Source of the DNA: Planctomycetota bacterium
Lineage (GTDB): Bacteria > Planctomycetota > UBA8108 > UBA1146
DNA: 13,282 nt
Reading direction: 5' to 3'
Assembly (NCBI GenBank): GCA_036338595.1
Contig: JAYZBV010000036.1
Coordinates: 1 to 13,282, forward strand
Made by a program: the position numbers and the translations under genes
In this document: positions 1 to 7,194 of the stretch, one piece after another
Layout: each line of letters starts with the position of its first letter
How positions within the stretch are numbered: the first letter of the stretch is position 1
Notes under the pieces: generated by a model
The model's database searches: none
Seen by the model: the letters and a program-made list of their open reading frames with translations, nothing else
What the model was told of the DNA's origin: nothing

Positions 1-41
1 CTTCCACCGAGTTGCTTGTGCACATCTTTGAGCTGAATCAT
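1..41 (-). CDS. mlaF: 5' end of an ABC transporter ATP-binding protein, probably MlaF/Mkl family (runs off the window)
   Basis: The reverse complement of 41..1 reads ATG ATT CAG CTC AAA GAT GTG CAC AAG CAA CTC GGT GGA = MIQLKDVHKQLGG, the typical first strand of an ABC ATPase (MI.l.dv.K.fG). Its ATG overlaps the mlaE stop as ATGA at 38-41. The MlaF assignment rests on adjacency to mlaE; only 13 codons are visible. Confidence 0.75.
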   Translation of the reverse strand, partial: MIQLKDVHKQLGG

Positions 42-817
42 GTCAGAAAACTCCAACTGATGTAGTAGCCCATGATGATGATGAGCAGGAAGGAGACCAC
101 CACGGCTCTCCTGGCAGCTTGACCGACACCCGTGGCTCCACCGCGAGTCAGTAGACCCTGTGTGCAACCAACGGTGGCGATGGTGACTCCGAAAACCACC
201 GACTTGAAGAGCCCGGTCTGGATGTCCTCGAGAGTGAGGACCTCCAGCGCATCGTTACGAAATGCCATCCAACCGACGCCTAACTGGAAATGGGCCACGA
301 AGATGCCCCCGAGTATGCCAATCAGACCGGCAAAGATGGTCAGCACCGGTGTCACCAGGGTGAGAGCGACCAATCTTGGCAAGATCAGAAAACGAACCGG
401 AGAAATCGACATGATCCGCAGTGCATCGATTTCCTCGGAGACCTTCATCGTCCCCAGTTCGGCTGCGATGCCACTGCCGATACTTGCCGTGAGGATCAAC
501 GCCGTCATGAACGGGCCCATCTCTCGGATGAGAGATACCGCAACGATGCGGCCGATCAACGATTCCTGGCCCAGTTCCTGGAGTGAGAGTCCGCCGTTGA
601 GGGCCAGTATCATGCCGGTGAAGAGAGCGACAACCGCAGTGACAGTGAAGGACCCGGTGCAATAGCTGTAACAGAGGTCGAGCGAATCACGCAGCCTGCG
701 GCGTGTCAGCAGATGAGGAAGATTGGAGACGGTCCGGGCGAGCAACACCAGCCCGTATCCGGTGGTCTCCGCGCTGCGCCCGAGGAATCCCCCGAGACCG
801 TGGATCCAGCCCGTCAT
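38..817 (-). CDS. mlaE: MlaE-family (Mla/Mce/YrbE) ABC transporter permease, 259 aa
   Basis: Family motifs REMGPFMTALILTASIGSGIAAELGTMKVSEEIDALRIMSISPVRFLILPR and GGATGVGQA..RAVV.S are present, with several hydrophobic segments. A GGAG Shine-Dalgarno lies just upstream of the ATG at 817. Confidence 0.96.
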   Translation of the reverse strand: MTGWIHGLGGFLGRSAETTGYGLVLLARTVSNLPHLLTRRRLRDSLDLCYSYCTGSFTVTAVVALFTGMILALNGGLSLQELGQESLIGRIVAVSLIREMGPFMTALILTASIGSGIAAELGTMKVSEEIDALRIMSISPVRFLILPRLVALTLVTPVLTIFAGLIGILGGIFVAHFQLGVGWMAFRNDALEVLTLEDIQTGLFKSVVFGVTIATVGCTQGLLTRGGATGVGQAARRAVVVSFLLIIIMGYYISWSFLT

Positions 818-853
818 CTCGCTCCATTCCCCGCAGCGCTGCTGCTTCCCCGC

Positions 854-871
854 CAGGACCGACCGGTCCTG
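854..871. promoter_or_regulatory. Inverted repeat CAGGACCG-AC-CGGTCCTG in the 91-nt spacer upstream of mlaE (hairpin or operator, function unknown)
   Basis: Perfect 8-bp arms are seen directly. No U-tract follows on either strand, so it is not a classical intrinsic terminator. Confidence 0.35.
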
Positions 872-908
872 TCATTCCCGAACTTCAGAACGCCCGCAGG
901 GCAACTGA

Positions 909-2237
909 TCAGAGAGGCTCGGGTCCGATGGGAATGTACAGCAGTCGCCAGCGAGTGTCATCCGATCGACCCCCATGCTCCCTCGAGAGAAGTCCTCCCA
1001 GGATCGAGAATCCGCTCTTTTCCTCACCACTCTCGGCAGTCAAGAGACCCCAGAGAATCTCCAGACCCCATGATTTCTCGCTCTTTCGCCAGCGAATCAA
1101 CTGTGCGGCTCTGCCGTGAGACCATGAGAATCCCTGTGGGCCATCGAAGGGGAGCAAGGCGGGGGCGGAAGCGCTGGTCGTGCCTTCTGCATCGGTATTC
1201 CAGCGTACCAGCGGCCAGAGCAACTTGCTGGAGCGAGTGCCCCGATCCGGGTCCACGTCTTCTATGCTGCGCCAGAACGGGAATAGGCGTCTCACTTGCC
1301 GTGTGCGCCCGGCCGCTTCTTGATCCTCCCACTGCCAGAGGGGCCACAGGAAAAAGCCGCTCTTCAGCCCACCTCTATCATGAATCCCCCAGAACGGTGC
1401 GAATTGAAATCGATTCCATCGATCCCGTAGTGTCCCGACCGTCCAGATCAGAAACGACCAGGTCGATGTCTGTTCGCGGTAGTTGTGTTGCTCGGTCCAG
1501 AGCGGATAGAAGATGGTACGCGCAAGGCGAGTTTTCGATTCGATCTGACCGTAGAAGGGCCAAAGCCACCAGGCGTGAGACGGATTGTCGGTGTCGAGTC
1601 GAGTGCTGGATTGGTGCCAGATAGGCCACAGGATGTACTTTGCATCATCTCGAGGACCTCCATCGCTGGAGAAGCCTCGGGTGTGGGAATAGAAGGGAAA
1701 AATCCTGAATCCGCTTCGCAGCGGTCCTTCGTCCAGTTCGATCAGGGGGAACAGCCAGTGGGTAGTGATCTGTTGTCGATCCTGCAGTCGCGCCCACAAC
1801 GGAAACAGAGCGAAATCGATCCGATCCTTGCCGAGAATGCCCTTGATCGTTCCGCCAACGGGAGCAAAGGCAAAGTAGTCTCCTTCAGCGGGATCGGATC
1901 CCCAGAGAAAAAAAGGAAGCAAGAATGCATCCGTATCGATGCGGCCATCCTCATGGGTGTACGCTTTTCGATGATAGAGCGGAAGTAGCCAGGTCTTGCG
2001 CACGCGCGTGTCGATCCGGTCGATGAAGAGTGGCCACAGGATTCGAATTTCTTTCCGGTCAGGTGGGGTGGCACTGTGGCTGTAGAAGGGCCAGTAATGT
2101 AGAGACTCGCGAACACTACCGTTAGCGAGTGTTTCGCTTCTCTCGATGTAAAAGGGTGGGGCTCCCCGATCAGAATCGATGGGTGTGACACACCCTGCTA
2201 GCAGGATCAGCAGAGGGATCCAGGATTGCAGTCTCAT
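909..2237 (-). CDS. Predicted lipoprotein of unknown function, 442 aa, made of aromatic-proline repeats
   Basis: The N-terminus MRLQSWIPLLILLAG|C carries a canonical LAGC lipobox (Cys16). The body repeats WPFY/WPLF/LPLY/FPLW-type motifs about every 18-24 aa. The start overlaps the upstream stop (ATGA, 2234-2237) with GAGG upstream. Confidence 0.85.
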   Translation of the reverse strand: MRLQSWIPLLILLAGCVTPIDSDRGAPPFYIERSETLANGSVRESLHYWPFYSHSATPPDRKEIRILWPLFIDRIDTRVRKTWLLPLYHRKAYTHEDGRIDTDAFLLPFFLWGSDPAEGDYFAFAPVGGTIKGILGKDRIDFALFPLWARLQDRQQITTHWLFPLIELDEGPLRSGFRIFPFYSHTRGFSSDGGPRDDAKYILWPIWHQSSTRLDTDNPSHAWWLWPFYGQIESKTRLARTIFYPLWTEQHNYREQTSTWSFLIWTVGTLRDRWNRFQFAPFWGIHDRGGLKSGFFLWPLWQWEDQEAAGRTRQVRRLFPFWRSIEDVDPDRGTRSSKLLWPLVRWNTDAEGTTSASAPALLPFDGPQGFSWSHGRAAQLIRWRKSEKSWGLEILWGLLTAESGEEKSGFSILGGLLSREHGGRSDDTRWRLLYIPIGPEPL

Positions 2238-5200
2238 CGACCCAACCTCACCGGGAGCATCAGGTCTGGACAGCAGCCTTCCCAGATCCGGTCCAGATCG
2301 CGATGAAGCACCACTCCTGGAGTCAATCCGAGGTACTTGGTTGCACCGTTGCCAGTGTCATCATCGGTCACTGCGATGCCGATTCGCATACGCATTCCAG
2401 GCCAGGGAACAGAGTCTGTTTCTCCTCGCTGCTCGGCAATGGTGCTCCACGGGATGGTCAATTCGTACACCGCTCCAGTTCCTCCTGGACGACGAACCAC
2501 GACATGTTCGCCTTCAGGATCATCATCATCGTCATCGTCATCAAATGGAGGGGCTTCACCGCCCCCTTCCTCGCCACCCTCCTGAGGGGGGGGGTTGTTG
2601 CGCCTCGGCGGCATGAAAGCGAGGGTCAGAATTTGATCATCTTTACGGGTTCGTACACCCCCATCGCCGAGCGTGTCGAGAACCAGTATCAGGCAATCCC
2701 CGACCCAGCGTTTTGCGTCTCTCTCGTGGGCAGTGACGATGTCGTCATCCACATCGATCCCTATATGTAATCCTTCCGAGGACCAGCCAAGAAAGACCCT
2801 TCCTGACAGGTCTGCTCGATCCTGCCAGGGAATCAGTGGTTCGCCAGGTCCTTGCAGGCCTCGAACATGGCGAGGCCTGTCGATGGGAATTCCAGTGGCT
2901 GCGTTCCAGGGTTCATCGAGGGATCCGTCGATCAGTGGAGGTGTCTGCATCCTGGGAATCTCATGATCTGGACGGGGAGTTCGCGCAAGTTGCCGATCGG
3001 CACCCTCCAGCAACCAGCTCGCAGCGGCTCTCTCGAACCGATCGAGTTCAAGGTTGCGAATCGTCTCTTCCAGCAATTCGATGGCGAGTTCCAGTTCTTT
3101 CATCTCCACGAGGCGATCGGATTCCAGTCTCCAGAGCCGTGGATCATTCAGCGAGTTCCATGCTGCAATCTGTTCTTCCCTGCTGTTTGGTGCCCTGAAG
3201 CCGGCGGCACCTCTCGATGAAACCGTCAACAGGGTATTTCCAATGATGGAAGCATGATGCAGGCGACCGAGAGATCGGAGGTGCTCAGAAACCGCCCCGA
3301 TTCCCTGACGATCGGAGAGGGGGGTGCCCGTGGCGCGATCGAGGATGACTGTCTCTCCACGCATCCTGTCCGCCACCACGATCCAGTCCCCGCTGGGTCG
3401 AAGGTTGACGGCATCATATGCGGGAGCGAGTTCGTGAGACCATTCCAGTTCCGCTTCGGCCAGTTCGACCGCCTCAGGAGCGAGCACCGCTTTGAATCTC
3501 AAGATCGACCTGTTCTGGAAATCGCCGCACACAACCAGAAGTTCCTCGCCGTCCAGTTTCAACGTCGTAATTCTTCGCTGATCCTGGGACAATTTCTTTT
3601 GCCAGCTGACGGTACCAGTGGCCACATCGATACCCAGAAGCGTGGTCCGTTCTGAACTCCAGAACAGTTCGCACACCAGTTGGTCTCCTGAAGCAGAGAT
3701 GAGCACCTGAGAGATGAGGTGGGGCATCTGCACGCTCCACAGCAGTTCACCGTCGTCATCATGACGGCTGATTCCACCTCTCTCGTTGGCGATGATGAAC
3801 CCATCTTCCAGCAAGATCGGCGCAGAAGCGAGAGCCCCATCCTCCCTGTCCAGATCGATGCTGCTGATCAGCATTCCGTCGCTGACGGACCGAAGTTCAA
3901 CACGGTTAGGGATGGCATAGCCGATGAGGAGCCGATCTCGGATGATCTCTGGATCGTCCAGGAAGATACCATCACGGCTGTCATTCCAGAGAACTTCTCC
4001 ACTGACCACATCGAGAGCAGTGATCTGTTCATCTTCGCTACTGAGCACGACGATCCCCGATCCTGCACACGACTGTTCGATGCGGATTTCCTGGTCAGGA
4101 ATGTCGAAGTCGATCGGCAATCGATGCTGCCAGATCAGGGAGCCATTCTCGAGATCCAGACGCCAGATCCTGTTTCTGTCATGCAGCACCACTGCACTGT
4201 CGTCAAAGACCAGCGGGGCAGAAGGAAGATCTCGCCGTGTCAGCAAGATACCGTCTCTGATCTGCACGGGATCTCGCTCGAGGTCGGTCTTCCACAGCAT
4301 CAGCCCATCGCTGGAATCATACATGCGAGCGGAATTGGTACTGAGTACGAGGTATCGGGGGTCCGCCGCCAGCGCGTCAATTGAAGACAATGGCCAGACA
4401 CTCGTGGTGCGGGTCTGTGTCATGTCGAGTCGACCACTCCATGCCAACTCGAGGGGTAGGCCAGGATGGTCACGGCGGCTCTCCTCGAGCGTGGAAATCT
4501 CTGAGCGCAGTTCATCGAGTCGATCGCTGAGGGTGATCCGGGTCTCCGTGCCATCGACAATCCTGGTCAATGGACGATCCCCGTGGTCTCGATCGAGGGT
4601 CAGGATCTCCTCGATCGCCTCGGAGAGTCGACCCTGTTCGCGCAACACCTCGGAGCGACGAAGATGTCCGATCAGGGCCTCGTCGGATCCGGGTTCCCGG
4701 ATCAACAGGAGATCGATCTGGTGGGTACAGGCATCCAGGTCGCCCAGTTGATACAGGATCTGTGCAGCGATCAGTCGCGCCTGGCGGCCTGTGGGGCAGC
4801 CTGGGCGTGTGCGCGCCAGATCGATCCAGCCATCGGGAATCGGGGGTGATCGGTCCAGTTGTCCTGCTTCGCGTGCCGCTCTCTTCTCGCGACTCTCTAT
4901 CCTGCTCTCGCCGCCGGGTTGTTGATCCTGTTGCAGCAATAAGTGCGTGAACGCGATGTCGGCGCTGACGACGCTCCCCTGCCTCGAATGGACCCGAGTG
5001 GATTGTAGATTTCTCCATGTCTCGCTCAGCATCAGGTTGCAGATGAAGGTCGCTCCTGCGGCGTCTCCCAGCTCAGCAGAGCGAACCGCCCTCTGCCAGG
5101 CGAGTGCGATCCTGTCATCGGCACGAGACTGAGCAGAGATCAGCGCGGTTTCCAGTCGCATCCTCTCATTGCTGGAAAGATCGAGGTCGCGACGATCGAG

Positions 5201-7132
5201 CAGCAGATGAACGGTTCTCCTGAGTGCTCTCTGACGTGGAGAATCTCCAGCCAGATCAGGCAGCCAGCGTGGATCGATCTGTCCGATCAGCGCACTTCGC
5301 CAGTTTTGCAACTGTGCATCATCTTCCGATGGGCTGGTCAAGATGCTGACTTCGGATCCTGCTGCCGCCAGCAATGCATCGCCGATCGACTGCAAGGAGT
5401 GCGCGGGAATGTCTAGACCCTGAATTGTCTGGTGTTGACCGAAGGCATCGATGGAGAGGAGCGCATCTCCAGTGCCAATCCACCAGCCGCCGTCGACAGA
5501 GGGCACGATGTCCGAGCCGCTACCGGTGAGAGGCTTGGGCAAGGGGGAATGCCAGTTGAATCCTGGCACCGCTCCCTCTCTGCAATTCCACAGCACCAGT
5601 TCGGATTCTTCGACCACCAGCAGCGATTCACCATCTGCCGAGATGTTCCAGCAACGAGGGGCGTTGGCAGCGATGATGCCGAGAGATTTGCCGCTCTCGG
5701 CATCCAGGATGGTGATCCTTGACGATCCGGGAGCGGAAGCGAAGAGGCGCGCACCGTTTCTGCGCAACGAGACTCCTGTTGCCCGCTCCTCTACCAGGTG
5801 ATCTCTCAGGCCAGTAGGGCTGGGGCCATCGAGTTCATGGATCCATTCGACGGCTCCGTCGGATGTGCGAAAGGTGATGATGGAGCCCCGGTCTGTGGAC
5901 CAGTGAATGGTGCCGACACCCTCGATGGGGGTCGCAGGGGCGGCTCGCAAGGCTAGCCAGGTCGATCCGCTCGCCTCTCCGAGGTGTCGTACCCACGCAA
6001 CGGTGCCTCCATCCTCGATGAGTGCTCCGAAGGCCTCGAGTCGCCCCGCTTCGCTGCGCAGGGCGACCACCACCACGCCTCCGGGTACACGGCAGGGTGA
6101 CGAGAGGGCGCGAATCGATTGGGGCGCTTGCTGGGGACCGAGGATCTCATCGAGCGAAACTCTCCACAGCAAATTGCCGGAGAGGCCATCAAATGCCTCG
6201 ATGTGGTCTGAAACGCTGGCAACGATCGAAGGCTGGCGGAGAACGGGCCTCCTCGTCGTGCGGGGAAGTGACGGCCGGACACGCCGGGGCAGGACACGTC
6301 GCCAGATTTCTTCGCCGGTCTTCACATCGATGGAACTGATCTTGTCTGGTTGCTGGATCCAGATCCTCGATCGATCTGCAACGGCACCAGAAAACCCACG
6401 AGAACTCTTCCACACCGCATCCTTGGAGCGGGACAGATCTGGTTCTCCGCTACGATGGAGAGAAAGGAGCAAGGTGCCTGTCGCGATGGAGACGGCCTGA
6501 CTTGAAACTGGCTCCGTGACGGAGATGTTCCCCGGGTCTTCGATCCAGCGCTTCGACACGAGTCTATTCCAGGTCTGCAGATCGCCCCGCTCGAGCGCAG
6601 CATGCGCCAACTGTCGAGTCAGATCGGGTGACACGACTCCCTGCGGTAAGTCGAGAAGCATCGAGGTGCGCCGAAGGTCCGCTTCAGCGTCGAGTCCAGG
6701 CACGGGAAGCTCGGAGATGCGGTTCGAGATCCGCAACTGGATCTCGTGAAGTACCTCTTTCCTGATCGGTTCCTCGAGCAGCGAGAGAGTCGAGCGAAGG
6801 TACTGACCAGCTCCGATGGACAGTCCTCCACCGATCGTCGTTGTTCCGCCAGGATCGCCGTCGATCAGTCGCTCTGAGAGATTGCCGAATGCTTCTCGAA
6901 TCTGCGACCGATCTCCGCTGGCTCTCCCCTCCTCGACCTGGCGAACCAGATTCTCGAGATCGCTGCTGTAAGGCGGGATCCACTTCGGCTCTGCAGCCTC
7001 TCGATGGGCGCTCGCCCCTGGCAGCACTTCGGCTCCAGACAGCAGCGCTGTCAGGAGTAAAAGGGTCAGAGGAAAGGCCGGAGATGCGGGGCACCTGTGC
7101 ACCGCATCGCGGCCTGGATCGGGGGCTAGCAT
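2234..7132 (-). CDS. Large exported protein, 1632 aa: helical region, PQQ-like/BamB-type beta-propeller, TPR region, second beta-propeller, C-terminal CBM9/DOMON-like domain
   Basis: Hydrophobic signal-like segment FPLTLLLLTALLSG. PQQ-type blade motifs include SIDVKTGEEIW, AFDGLSGNLLW, FRTSDGAVEW, YDSSDGLMLW, LDLENGSLIW, ALDVVSGEVLW and IDVATGTVSW. A TPR-like pair reads AQILYQLGDLDAC...EPGSDEA...EVLREQGRLSEAI. CBM9-like motifs are PPLIDGSLDEPW, DLSGRVFLGWSSEGLHIGIDVDDD, WVGDCLILVLD, YELTIPW and IGIAVTDDD. A strong AGGAGG precedes the ATG at 7132. Confidence 0.88.
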   Translation of the reverse strand: MLAPDPGRDAVHRCPASPAFPLTLLLLTALLSGAEVLPGASAHREAAEPKWIPPYSSDLENLVRQVEEGRASGDRSQIREAFGNLSERLIDGDPGGTTTIGGGLSIGAGQYLRSTLSLLEEPIRKEVLHEIQLRISNRISELPVPGLDAEADLRRTSMLLDLPQGVVSPDLTRQLAHAALERGDLQTWNRLVSKRWIEDPGNISVTEPVSSQAVSIATGTLLLSLHRSGEPDLSRSKDAVWKSSRGFSGAVADRSRIWIQQPDKISSIDVKTGEEIWRRVLPRRVRPSLPRTTRRPVLRQPSIVASVSDHIEAFDGLSGNLLWRVSLDEILGPQQAPQSIRALSSPCRVPGGVVVVALRSEAGRLEAFGALIEDGGTVAWVRHLGEASGSTWLALRAAPATPIEGVGTIHWSTDRGSIITFRTSDGAVEWIHELDGPSPTGLRDHLVEERATGVSLRRNGARLFASAPGSSRITILDAESGKSLGIIAANAPRCWNISADGESLLVVEESELVLWNCREGAVPGFNWHSPLPKPLTGSGSDIVPSVDGGWWIGTGDALLSIDAFGQHQTIQGLDIPAHSLQSIGDALLAAAGSEVSILTSPSEDDAQLQNWRSALIGQIDPRWLPDLAGDSPRQRALRRTVHLLLDRRDLDLSSNERMRLETALISAQSRADDRIALAWQRAVRSAELGDAAGATFICNLMLSETWRNLQSTRVHSRQGSVVSADIAFTHLLLQQDQQPGGESRIESREKRAAREAGQLDRSPPIPDGWIDLARTRPGCPTGRQARLIAAQILYQLGDLDACTHQIDLLLIREPGSDEALIGHLRRSEVLREQGRLSEAIEEILTLDRDHGDRPLTRIVDGTETRITLSDRLDELRSEISTLEESRRDHPGLPLELAWSGRLDMTQTRTTSVWPLSSIDALAADPRYLVLSTNSARMYDSSDGLMLWKTDLERDPVQIRDGILLTRRDLPSAPLVFDDSAVVLHDRNRIWRLDLENGSLIWQHRLPIDFDIPDQEIRIEQSCAGSGIVVLSSEDEQITALDVVSGEVLWNDSRDGIFLDDPEIIRDRLLIGYAIPNRVELRSVSDGMLISSIDLDREDGALASAPILLEDGFIIANERGGISRHDDDGELLWSVQMPHLISQVLISASGDQLVCELFWSSERTTLLGIDVATGTVSWQKKLSQDQRRITTLKLDGEELLVVCGDFQNRSILRFKAVLAPEAVELAEAELEWSHELAPAYDAVNLRPSGDWIVVADRMRGETVILDRATGTPLSDRQGIGAVSEHLRSLGRLHHASIIGNTLLTVSSRGAAGFRAPNSREEQIAAWNSLNDPRLWRLESDRLVEMKELELAIELLEETIRNLELDRFERAAASWLLEGADRQLARTPRPDHEIPRMQTPPLIDGSLDEPWNAATGIPIDRPRHVRGLQGPGEPLIPWQDRADLSGRVFLGWSSEGLHIGIDVDDDIVTAHERDAKRWVGDCLILVLDTLGDGGVRTRKDDQILTLAFMPPRRNNPPPQEGGEEGGGEAPPFDDDDDDDDPEGEHVVVRRPGGTGAVYELTIPWSTIAEQRGETDSVPWPGMRMRIGIAVTDDDTGNGATKYLGLTPGVVLHRDLDRIWEGCCPDLMLPVRLGR
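2519..2594 (-). repeat. Low-complexity segment within the CBM9-like domain: (GAY)8 encoding D8 at 2519-2542 and a C9 homopolymer on the coding strand (G9 on +, 2586-2594)
   Basis: Read directly from the sequence; translates within NNPPPQEGGEEGGGEAPPFDDDDDDDDPEG. Confidence 0.8.
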
Positions 7133-7194
7133 CTGGGATCCTCCTGGATCTCCGATCGGGCTCCCCTTGCTTGTACGAGATACTCAGGGCTGGC

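Noticed and set aside
713..1624. 303-aa plus-strand ORF, and the other long antisense ORFs such as 132-665, 3719-4384, 3924-4751, 5907-6500, 8809-9390 and 9505-10200
   Set aside because: They lie antisense to well-supported genes, are Arg/Ser/Pro-rich or mirror the sense codons, and show no recognisable motifs. Such shadow ORFs are expected in high-GC coding DNA.
1908..1914. A7 run (T7 on the coding strand) in the lipoprotein gene
   Set aside because: Short, and explained by the Pro-Phe-Phe codons CCT TTT TTT; no reason to invoke phase variation.
2179..2770. Plus-strand ORFs containing HHHRHRH, IIIIVIVI and poly-Ser runs
   Set aside because: All are alternative-frame readings of the antisense of the (GAY)8 Asp tract, not independent metal-binding or membrane peptides.
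2234..7132. Calling the giant protein bamB or a PQQ-dependent dehydrogenase
   Set aside because: It is about four times BamB length, has no lipobox, has two propeller blocks plus extra domains, and shows no recognisable quinoprotein catalytic features. Only the blade repeat is shared.
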